Below are positions 52,605 through 64,000 of a stretch of DNA of 64,000 nt, in pieces (the stretch's first letter is position 1; the number at the start of each line of letters is the position of its first letter). Location of the stretch: positions 150,226,001 through 150,290,000 of the forward strand of contig NC_042998.1 of assembly GCF_006345805.1 (NCBI RefSeq). Direction: 5' to 3'. The translations under genes and the position numbers were made by a program. Source of the DNA: Octopus sinensis (Eukaryota). The notes beneath the pieces were generated by a model. It saw only the letters and a list, made by a program, of their open reading frames with translations. It was not told where the DNA came from and searched no databases.

Positions 52605-53500
52605 TTACAAAAAACAAAAGACGAAGACGGGTGTATAAACAACAAACGGATGTATACTAATACATCCGTTTGTATTAGTATACATAACGCTCGGGAAGTG
52701 AGAAAGTCTTTTACATTTCGAGCCTACGCTCTTCAACAGAAAGGAACACAGATATAAACAAAGAGGGAAAATAAAACAGGTTTACTGGCTAGCGATCTAT
52801 CATGGCGAATGCCGGACAGAGGGGTCACACAGGAGAGCTAGGAAGAAGGGTTTAAGGGATGGGTGGGTGGGGTGGGATGGGGTGTATATGGGTGGTGGGG
52901 TTGGAATGTGTAGGGGTGTGATAACGAGGGAGGGGATGACGATGAAGGGAGAGGGTGGAAGGGAGAAGGTGGGTAGGAGTGAAGAGAGGAAGTAGGTGTC
53001 AGAGCAAGAGAGGGGAGGTAGGTGGGAAGAAGTAGGAGGAAGAGAGGAGAGAGGAGGAGGATTAGATGAAGTGGGGAGGAGAGTTGAGCCCATGTGGCGC
53101 AAAGAAGCTAAGAGAGAAGATTAATCCCTGCTAACGGCGAAGACGCGAGTTCGGATGGCCCCTGCGCAAGGACTTTCCGAACACAGACAGTTGTTGTAAA
53201 GAGTGACTGGAAGAGCGAAAATGGAGCGAGATCGAGGTATCATTACAGAATCGGATGTCTCTGAGGTGTTCCGCGAACCGGTCAGCCAAATGGTGTCCCG
53301 TTTGACCGATGTATAGAGAAGGACAGAGAGAGGAGGAGATGCAGTAGATGACGTTGCTTGAAGTGCAGGTGAAGGAGTCAGAGATATGATAGGGTCGATG
53401 ATGGGTGCCTATGAGGAGGGTGGTGTAGCGGAGATTTGCTTGCTACTTCAAACGGATCTATCCACCACTTAAGATGTTAGAGTAGTGGGAATTGAGGTGA
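52605..53500 (-). mobile_element. Penelope/Poseidon-type PLE 3' fragment, same family as 37020-38165
   Basis: SDSFTCTSSNVIYCISSSLCPSLYIGQTGHHLADRFAEHLRDI; stop at 53062-53064; shared terminal repeat at 52605-52760. Confidence 0.85.
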
Positions 53501-56429
53501 CAGTGTCATGTTTTTGTTAAGTTGATGTAGTATTACTGGGAGCAATGATGACGATGCGTATGGTGGTAGTGGTGGTGGGTGGGGTGGGTGATTGCGTGGT
53601 GGATGGGTGGTGTGGAGGTGGGGTGGCGGTGGTGGTGGTAGGAATGTTGAATGTGAATGGTACCAGTCGATAGTGTCTTCCTGTTGTACAAAAGTTGTCA
53701 ACGCAGATGTTGGTGTTGTTTAGCCCCAAGTCGACCCTGATCCATCAGACCTATGTTAGTTGATATTCCAGTCATGGTAACTCCATCTTTTCTATGGTAC
53801 GGACGGGAGGAAGGGCGTTTCCAGAACAGGCCCCTCTTCGGTTTCGTTTCTGCCTCATTATTTACCGGTCCACGATATTAAAAACATCAAGTACCACAGC
53901 TAAACTTTGATGATAGGGTGTCGGAGATCTGATCGATCTTCGGTATCTTATTATTTATTTTATTTAAACCTAGGAAGATGAAATTAGAGGTGATTCTGCT
54001 AAAATTTCAATTCAGAATTAAAAAAAGGGTTTAATTAATTGTTGATTGAGGACATCACCACGAAGCCTTAAACTTTGTGGATGAGCCTAATCCATCCAAC
54101 TCTGCAAGACAAGGTTACATCATGTCATCGACACTGGAAGAATGAAATACAAAGTTAACCATGGTGAGATTTGAACTAAGAAGGTAAAGACCGGAAGAAA
54201 TACTGCTAGATACTCTGCTCGACGTGCTACGATTTTACCAGCTCGTCACCTTCTCCAAGATATATTTGTCCTGCGTTTTACTGATTTCGCTCACCACTAA
54301 CTTTGTCTTTTTCCGTAAAAAATGATACAAAAGTTCCCAATATATACGATATAAGATTACTTGCAAATAGGTCGTACGTTTTAATCCTCTGCCGGAACCT
54401 GGTCGAGTTTCTAGGCAAAATTGATCATTTCATTCTCCTAATTACCGGAAATGGAGGCAAAGACTTCATGGAATGTTACCTGTAATAAACACAGTAAATT
54501 CCAATCCAGGAAGAAATAGATATCTCATCCAGTTCCTCACAGGAAACCTGATCTAAACAACGAGTTTCTCTCCACTCACCCTCAGCCACCTGCTCAGTTC
54601 CGAGATATCGACAAACTCTCAAATCCTTGTCAGGATTTCATCTTGATATATATTTTTGTATTTCTTTCGTTTCTCTTCCCTTTATTTCAGTAAAACCTGC
54701 TTTCATTTGAAATGTCACTTATACTATTATGTTTTTCCTTCGGGTATTGTTGCTGTTCCTGATGGTTGTAGTGGTGGTGGTGTTATGCAATCATTGCTGG
54801 TTCAGCTTCAGTGATACATATAACAAAAACGTAGCTGACCATAGTTTCAAGCGATTCTGCATTTACAGTATTTAAGTGACTGCAGTTAATTCTATTTAAA
54901 GAAATATCAACAAAGGCCAACAGCACGGATTTGCGACGGAGCGTTAAAAGTAAAAGTCAAATTTCCCTCAAATCTCAAATCTATCGACTGGATGGAACGG
55001 ATGGAACGCTTCTGGTAATAGCTTCTCTCAATCAGAGCTGAGCAAAGGTCAGACAACAACGATATAAATTTCATTTACAATAAACATCTACATGTATGTA
55101 TGTATGTATGTATGTATGTATGTATGTATGTATGTATGTATGCATGTATGTATGTATGTATGTATGTATGTATGTATGTATGTATGTATGTATGTATGTT
55201 TGTACGTGTGGGTATTGTCATTCCTTGCAAATGAGCTACGAAGCCAAAATGACTTTTGGCACAGGTGCTTGCCCGCAGCTTTTACTGCAAACTAATTACA
55301 TATATGCCGCCCCTCAGTTGAACGCAATTCCGGCCACCTAAACAAAGGAAAATATTATTTATTGATTAACAAATATTTGTTATTTCAGGTGGCGAAGATT
55401 TATTATTAGCTTACTTTACCTTATGTACTCTTGATAGGTTAAAAAAAGACCAGCCTTCGAAAGAAAAACTCGGCTCTTTGTTCAAGATTTCAAGAGATTG
55501 TTGATATCCATGGCAATCCTCATTCTCTGTGCCTCGTTTCAATTTTGTGTGTTTAGCGCAATTCTCTTCAAAATCTCTGGATGCATCGAAAACCTTTTTA
55601 TTTCCATGGTTCCCTGTCAATTGCAATTATTTCTCAACTTTCTACAAAAATATTACCTTTCCACCGCCCAAATTTAAAGCAATTTTGTACTTTGACTTCG
55701 ATTTGTAAGTAGCTGTTTTCCTTTGAACATACTTCTGTGTGAAGTACATAATTTGGAATTTTTGTCATCTTTTCAGACCAGAATACTTGCACATCTCAGT
55801 TAGCTACGTCGTAAGAGAGTTTATTTGCTTGCAATACTTGCTATCACTGAAATTTCAATATTATTTCACCTAGTGTCTACAAGAAAAATCCAACTTTAAA
55901 AAAATTTGAAGATGTTTCTCACATGAAACAAAACAGAGAAGATGCATGTTTTGATATCGTTGAAACAATAGAAACACAGTCCATGAACTTTGAAATATAT
56001 TTCCAGTTGGGTCGCAGATAAATCCATTCTCCACCCCACCATCACCACCAGTTATTTTAATCCTTTCCAATAATATTTGAATTAACACTCACAAAAAAAT
56101 ATTTCTATCGTAAGGTTTTATGGACTTTTTAATAGCTTTCTCTTTTCAGACACAAGATGATGGGGTGAAAGTAGAAAGAAAAAAGAACAAATTTATCTCA
56201 CAACCTAATTTTGATAGAAAATATATTTTTCAAAGTTATATCACATAACTCTGTTTTAGGATCCACAGGAAGCTTTCCGATACAAGACTGACAGAGAACA
56301 ACAATTTTATCAATTTTTCAGGTTTAAAATTTTAGCTGCCTAGGAAAAGTTATCCAGAAGTGTATGAATATATTTTCAGGTATGTACATCATTTTGCTTT
56401 GCAGAATCACTAATTTAAAAACTGGGTCT

Positions 56430-56620
56430 GATCATCGACCATGGAATTGTTCTCATATTTTCATGAAATGAGTTGATAAAATCGGGAAAAGACAACTACC
56501 TTTTCTGAGGATTATTCACATTGCATCGCAATTCACTGAATCAAAGGCCATGTTAAGGTCAATAGCGGGATCAATGAAGCAATGAAGGAAATCAAGCCGC
56601 GGATCAGCGCATTGTTCTTG
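56430..56620 (-). mobile_element. Old RTE RT fragment
   Basis: IDLNMAFDSVNCDAM*IILRK.. matches the RTE motif FIDLTKAFD.V.R..LW.IL. Confidence 0.55.
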
Positions 56621-56875
56621 TAGTTATCCAGTGGTCATCCATTATGCCAATCATTCAAAGTTCAATAGTTTTACTTTCACTACAAATGGGAACAGAATTG
56701 AATTTCACTGTGGCGATACCTTATATACATGTATGTATGCTTGTAAGAATGCATTTATTTATGCACCTATCTATGTATTTACGTATGTATGTGTATCTTT
56801 GTAAGTATTTATGTATGTATGCAAGCAAATATAGGACTATATATACAAACATACGTAAATGCATGTGAGTTTATA

Positions 56876-56920
<45 letters not shown>

Positions 56921-56925
<5 letters not shown>

Positions 56926-59069
56926 TATCATACCCGCCGACAAGACTGGGAACTGGTATAGGCTAGACTACCAAACCTACAAATCGCTCATCATGAGGGA
57001 ACTTAGCAAAAAATATAAAACTACTTCTACGGATAACCTTAAGGAAATTAACTACAAAATCAAGGAAGTTATGAGCAAATTAGACCTCCTAGACAGAACA
57101 GAACCTATTAAACCACAAGTACCCAAAATTACTATTAAAGACCATAAGAAAGACTTCCCAGATAATGTAGGAGTACGATTAATCTGTCCGACTAAATCGG
57201 ATATCGGCAGACTTAGCAGACTATCCTGGACAAGGTGATCCCACACATCAAACCCCACATCCCACTCCAACTATGGATTAACACCGACGATGTGCTAGAA
57301 TGGTTTAACACTATCACCAATAGGCCCGACTACTCATTCATCCAATTCGACATAGCTAGCTACTACGCCAGTATATCCCCCATCTTACTTAACAAATCCC
57401 TTATATTTGCCCGCAACCTTTCACTCATAGACAGAGAAAAAATTGACATAATACTATTAGCTAGAAAAACCATAATAGAATTCGACGGTAGACTCTGGAC
57501 TAGATCCGATACCCCCGACAATTTTGATGTGGCTATGGGCTCGAGCGATTCAGCTCAGGTGACTGACTTGGTCGGGGCCTACCTGCTCAAGAAGCTTTTC
57601 TCCGAGGTACCGGATCTTCAGGGGGGTCTATACAGAGACGACGCTCTCTTCATATACCCCACCAACAATAGGAGTAAACTAGAAAGAATTAGGAAAAAGA
57701 TCAGGCTTTTTTTCAAATCCTTCAATCTTAAACTAGAATTTATGACCAATACTAAAATAGTAAACTTCTTAGATGTTACGTTAGACTTAAATAAGCACCT
57801 TCACCACCCGTATAGGAAACCCGAAGAAACTACCAAATACATCCATACCTCTTCCAACCATCCACCCTGTATAATTAGCACCACGGTCCAAGCCATCTCA
57901 GACAGACTGACAAAACTATCCTCTAATAGAGAAATTTTCAATAATCACGCACAACACTACAACCAGGCTCTCTATAGTGCCGGGTATAACCAGAGAATAT
58001 CATATGTAGACCACCCGGGAGCGTCCGTCTGCCATAAAACTCCCAATTATAATCGAACTCAGCACTCAACTCACACTAGCGATAATTCTAATTTAAACTC
58101 CAAACAACGTATAGGAAATAGGCGAACTAATAGAATAGCACACAATAGTAACCCTCCCGACGAGAGCAATATAGATCCTATTAGGAGAAATAGAAGGGAT
58201 AATAGATTACGCAAATACATATGGTTCAACTTACCTTACAACTTAGCAGTTAGGGGTAAGTTATGTAAGAGAATATTCTCTATCATTTCCAACAACTTCC
58301 CACCCACCCACAAGTATAGAAGTATCTTCTCCAACAAAACCATTAGGATTTCCTACTCTACCCTGCCCAACATGAGCTGCCTCATAGCTAAACATAACTA
58401 TATTAATATTAGAACAGCTAGATCAAGAGCAAACCATAGCGACCAACAGAACCCCCCTCATCTAGACAGTAGACAATATAACCAGACTGGCAGCCATACT
58501 ACCCAAACAGTTAGTAATAACACCCGCCAACACAACAGAGGAAATACTACACCCATCAATAACCAGGAGGATATCAACGCCCCCACTCGTATTGCAACAC
58601 CTCGCCTGGGATTAGCAGCACACGACCGAATAATGCAATGCAATGCAACTGCAGATGTGCATCAGAGTGCCCGCTGCAGGGTGCATGTAGGGCGAAAAAC
58701 GTAATATATTCATGTGAGGTGAGTACTCAGTTTAACACACTCACCTATATTGGTTGCTCAACCTCCTGGAAATCCAGATACTACAACCACCGGTCCTCGC
58801 TGAGACACAGACATAAGGCTAACAGCACCTCCCTTTCTAAAAGAATTTGGGAATTAAAAGACAAATGTATAGGCTTCAAACTCAGATGGTCCATCATCGG
58901 ATCAGCTGCACCTTATTTAAATAATAGAGCAGGATGCCAACTATGTTGTGTAGAACTCCTGAACATCTTGAAATTCAAAGACAAACACAATCTTATTAAC
59001 AAAAGGTCAGAGTTCAAACCATCCTGTATACACAAACTTATTAATACTTTCAAATACTACAAAGCTTAG
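56921..59069 (+). mobile_element. Neptune-type PLE: RT, Cys-rich linker, C-terminal GIY-YIG; 5'-truncated, two frameshifts
   Basis: PADKTG, KDHK, FDIASYY, MGS, catalytic YRDD, FLDVTL, SNHPP, WFNLPY, CNCR..CPLQGAC, NVIY..YIG, CQLC, INKRSE. Starts inside (TA)n. Confidence 0.93.
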
Positions 59070-59209
59070 GTTTTATACCAACTCCCCCATGCAATTTCCT
59101 CCCACCCGGTGCAACCTGTCGGCTCCAGCACATCCCGCTTTCCTATATGTGCGTGTATATGCGTATGTGTGTGTGTATGTATATGTATGTGCACATATGT
59201 GTACGTATA

Positions 59210-59255
<46 letters not shown>

Positions 59256-60923
59256 CGTGTGTGTGTGTGTGTGTGTGGGTGTGTGTATGTGCATATATGT
59301 TTCCCTGCATTTTCCTCCTATATATACAAATTTTGTCTCCCATACATGACTTCTTTTCCCTAAATATTTCTTCTCCTACAACCATATCCTTCCTATATAA
59401 TCTCTTTACTTCCCTATATCTATACCCTTTCACATTTCTAACTCGGATGTTGAACGCACACCGCCAAACTCCACTTCCCACCCTTCCAATTTTCAGTTCC
59501 CCCCGCCCGCCCCTACGTGGACACTTTTAACACACACCTCTAACTTTCAACCACCTTCATCTCATGTTAAATTATATTTTTATCTTATTTTATTTTATTT
59601 TTACTCTTATTCTACTTCCATTTATTCTCATTTTCATTTTCATCCCTTACCTTAACTCTTATAATTTTTATAATTTTTATATTTCATTTCTAACTATTAC
59701 ATTGTATTTCTTATTTTATACTGTATTTCTTACTTTTATTTCTAATTTTTACCCTTACCCTCATTCTTACCCCTAACTTATCGCTTTACATCTCTATATA
59801 TGTTTATTTACTTACCTATAGATCCACTTTTGACTATGCGAGCGTCCGTGTACGTATGTATACGCATACATACATAAACGCGCGCATATATGTACATGCA
59901 TATTTTGATATCTTATAGCTATACCCATATGTCTCTGTGTGTGTGTGTAGGTGTATGTGTGCACGCACATACGTACACACAGCCGTGTGTGCGTGCACGC
60001 ATAGACGTGATTCCTTACATACGCTCTTATATACATCCTTTAATATCCTATATCTAGACCTGGAAGCGTGGGCATATGCGTGTGTGTATGTAGGGATGGG
60101 CGCGCGTATGTACATGTGAGTGTGTACACGTATAGTGTCCGTGTATACATGCGGATATTCTGTTGTATGTATGTATGTGTACGCACGTGCGTGTGGGTGT
60201 GTGTGTGTTTATATGCATGTTTACACGCGAGTGCGTGTGTATGCTTATAGACTTGGAGGCGTATATGTACGCGTGTATATGGGTGTGTGTATCCATGTTG
60301 GTATGTATGTACTAGAAGTCCAAATAATTCAAGGAACCAGATTAAACGCTCAACAGCTCTGATTTACAACGCATTAGGTCCCCAGACGAAACTGTTGATT
60401 TACTGACAATTCTACAACTAAATTTTATCAATCTCCTGACCACCATGCTTGGTCCTTAACCTCTATACATCCCCTATCTTTATATTTTTTATATTTTGTT
60501 ACATTTTATCATGATTTTTTACTTTTATTTTTATTCTATTTCTATTTTTACTTTATAACCTTATGCCTTTACATTTATTTATATTTCTTTATATTTCTTT
60601 ATATTCTTTATACCCCCTTTACATCTCCTTAAATCTCTTTATATCTTTATGCTCTACATTTTTATATTTTCTATACTTACACTTTTTATACATTTTTTAT
60701 CCCTCGTCCTGAATTCTCGCCCCTCCATCTTCACGTATATACATGTATTTATTTATTTACATTACTTCAACATCCATTTTTCCTCATCCTACATTGAGAG
60801 AAGAAAGAGATGGACGCTTCAATTCTATGCTGCTGCCGCATTATGTCGTACGCGAATGGGAGGATTTGCATCCCCAACCAAGAATTTTTGATGTAACACA
60901 TGTCCTTGTGTAAGCTGTTGTGC

Positions 60924-61001
60924 GCGGCTGAAGAAGGCCACAGACATATATTATGCATTGTTATAAATCTGTCTAATAAAGGCCCGAAACATATGTACCG
61001 C
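60924..61001 (+). ncRNA. Type I hammerhead ribozyme fold downstream of the Neptune ORF
   Basis: Stem I GCGG/CCGC, core CTGAAGA (60928-60934), long stem II (GGCC..ACAGA/TCTGT..GGCC), GAAA (60986-60989), palindromic stem III CATATG, GUA cleavage triplet (60995-60997). Confidence 0.7.
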
Positions 61002-61840
61002 TGAATCCTTCGCATCATGTTTTTATTTTGATCAATTTACTCCACCACCTACACCACCAAACGGTATACACAGGTGCTTATAATTATCAAGTACTCACCC
61101 CGAATTTCTATATATATATATATATATATATGCATACATGCATATATGTATGCATATTTACATACATAAATACATACAAGACTCCCAGCCATGTTTGGTG
61201 CTGTCTAAATTCTATTGAGCTTTGTTTCTAGGCAGGAAATAGGATCTGAATAACATACACACAGGAACATATGCATGCATACGTACATTCATACATACAT
61301 ACATACACACACACATACACACACACATACATACATACATACATACATACATACATACACACAACATACATACATACATACATACATACATACATACATA
61401 CATACATACATACATACATACATAATACATACATACATACATGGTATGTGTTTCTGTAAATTGAATATCACTAAGAAGACTTTGCTGGACCCAAAACTAT
61501 GGTAGGATCTACGTGTCAAAAGTTTCATAGTGTTGGCCCAAACCCAGAATCGCATAGTTGCAAAGGGAACGTCTTAAAAACTTACCAGCTTGGCTCACAC
61601 CAAGTTAGACAACATTAAATGGACATATTGTAATAAAAAAAGAACTTTATCGTCTGTAAAATTCAATATTGCTTGCAGCTCTCAGACATCTGAAGTATAT
61701 ATCAGTTGAGTGCATGACGTCAAACAAGTCTAGCCACCATCAAACATACATACATACAAATGCACAAACACGGACGCACACACACACACACACACACATA
61801 CATCAGACATCAGGTATGTATGTATATAAATATATATATA

Positions 61841-62352
61841 TCTATATATATAAAACTGTAGTTGTGTGAGTGTCTGTCCCCTTCGATTTAGATTCCTAAC
61901 TACTCCCACATTTTGCCGTGCAGTTTAACCAAATTCGGGTATCTTATAGTCGTGATTCATATCGAGCCCGTCTGAGTATTAGCGCACGTCTACGATGAGT
62001 CTATGATTTTAAAAATAATTTAACATCATTTTTTATTCCATTTTAATGCATAATTTTTCGTGTGTCGATGGCGGCGGAGTTGGCGTCCACGGTCACACCT
62101 GCACCTGTTTGCTTCTCCCCCCTTCTTCCCTCCCTCGTGAAGGTGTGGGGAAGGGAGTGTAAGGAAATCACGTCGTAAAGCGTTGTCAAGGAGACCAGCG
62201 TTCTTTTAGAACAAACGACTTCATGGCTGAAGACACCAAAACAGAATGGCTAAGAAAGCCCGAATTGGCATCTATAAGGGAAGTAACTCTCTAAAAATGC
62301 TTATATAGTTATTTCCCTTACAAACCCGAGCAACGCCGGGCGATACTGCTGT
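61841..62352 (-). mobile_element. Complete Helentron-like non-autonomous element
   Basis: Minus strand starts CAGCAGTATCGCCCGGCGTTGCTCGGG and ends ACAGTTTTATATATATAGA, within (TA)n. Confidence 0.65.
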
Positions 62353-62378
62353 ATTATAGTATAATATTATATAGTATC

Positions 62379-62431
<53 letters not shown>

Positions 62432-62529
62432 TACACATGCACATATATATATACAGATAAATATATATTCATATATACATATATATATGTATATATATAT
62501 TTATATATGTACATATAGATACATATATT

Positions 62530-62575
<46 letters not shown>

Positions 62576-62603
62576 TTATATATGTACATATAGATACATA
62601 TAT

Positions 62604-62680
<77 letters not shown>

Positions 62681-62689
62681 TATATATAT

Positions 62690-64000
62690 AAGTAATACTA
62701 AGCAATAAAGGGTTTAGCAACGAATTGCCTTACACATACCGAATTTAGAAATAGCAGTCAAAGAGTTATAGCTATTTCTTCTACTAAAAAGGGAGATCTC
62801 AGTAAAAACAGCAATTGGAAGGCAGACACAAACAGGTAAGAGAGAATGAATTGACGGCATCTATCATACATTTTTAAGTTATCTACGACGTACGTTTCGA
62901 AATCAAGTTTTTAGGAAATCATAAGAATTAAATATTAAATATTAAATAATTCTATCTTACCGAAACTTCTTTTCTCTTCAGCGTAGAATACTATAATCAT
63001 AAATGATTATATATTGAATTTTGAGATACTAGAAGGCACCAACTCAACTCAGTATCAGAGCGAGCTAGAATCCGCAACTAGTATCACCAAATTCAATGTG
63101 TGAATGAAACGATTGTGTCACCAGCCCCTTCCCACCCGCGTGTAGCCAAAACAAGATGCTTTTAATATTTAATATTTAATTCTTATGCTTTCCTAAAAAC
63201 TTGATTTCGAAACGTACGTCCGTAGATAACTTAAAAATGTATGATAGATTGCCGTCAATTCATTCTCTCTTACCTGTTTGTGTCTGCCTTCCAATTGCTG
63301 TTTTTACTGAGATCTCCCTTTTTAGTAGAAGAAATAGCTATAACTCTTTGACTGCTATTTCTAAATTCGGTATGTGGTAAGGCAATTCGTTGCTAAACCC
63401 TTTATTGCTTAGTATTACTTAAATTTTCCTCGAATGAGGCTTTTACATGCCGAGACTACTTGGTGTATTGATAATTATTCCAAATTAATTAATTTCACCC
63501 TTCATTATTACGGATAACCATATTTTATCTCAGTAGATGACCACAGCATCTTGTTTTGGGCTACACGCGGGGGGGAAGGGGCTGGTGACACAATCGTTTC
63601 ATTCACACATTGAATTTGGTGATACTAGTTGCGGATTCTAGCTCGCTCTGATACTGAGTTGAGTTGGTGCCTTCTAGTATCTCAAAATTCAATATATAAT
63701 CATTTATGATTATAGTATTCTACGCTGAGAGAAAAGAAGTTTCGGTAAGATAGAATTATTTAATATTTAATATTTAATTCTTATGCTTTCCTAAAAACTT
63801 GATTTCGAACGTACGTCCGTAGATAACTTAAAAATGATGTATGATAGATTGCCGTCAATTCATTCTCTCTTACCTGTTTGTGTCTGCCTTCCAATTGCTG
63901 TTTTTACTGAGATCTCCCTTTTTATTAAAGAAATAGCTATAACTCTTTGACTGCTATTTCTAAATTCGGTTATTTTGTAAGGCAATTCGTTGCTAAACCC
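62690..64000. repeat. Inverted plus tandem array A-B-A'-C-B'-A'
   Basis: A 62690-62945, B 62946-63160, A' 63161-63421, C 63422-63544, B' 63545-63759, A' 63760-64000. Near-identical copies with a few 1-3 bp indels. Confidence 0.92.

Noticed and set aside
56921-59069. Selenoprotein (Naiad-like) PLE
   Set aside because: The domain order is RT then EN, and there are no in-frame TGA codons at Cys positions; the breaks are frameshifts.
60345-60400. Second hammerhead near CAACAG..GAAACTGTTG
   Set aside because: No CUGANGA core or stem II in the required place.

Overview
AT-rich, microsatellite-saturated eukaryotic DNA. It is most likely octopus/coleoid cephalopod; this is an inference from the tRNA-derived SINE families and repeat landscape, not a database result. 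No host gene could be supported, and almost all listed ORFs are translated microsatellites. The window is a mosaic of mobile elements: (1) a near-intact 5'-truncated Neptune-type Penelope-like element (PLE; RT plus Cys linker plus GIY-YIG, 56.9-59.1 kb) with a downstream hammerhead ribozyme fold, and several other PLE remnants; (2) an R4/Dong-type RLE LINE and three other (TAA)n-associated 3' ends; (3) a (CATA)n-associated RLE LINE family; (4) a 5'-truncated RTE LINE, a decayed Ty3/Gypsy element with an extended tRNA-Ser-like PBS, a Helitron PIF1-type helicase fragment, Helentron-like non-autonomous elements, a pogo/Tigger fragment and an L2/CR1-like remnant; (5) more than 20 SINE copies from three families. 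The most notable structures are a three-level nesting in which RLE LINEs land in the poly-Asn (AAT)n linkers of a PLE, at least 6 minimal hammerhead-like motifs with recurrent core variants, several foldback hairpins, and an inverted/tandem array at the window end. Coordinates were read by eye and degenerate ends are approximate (about +/-20 bp).
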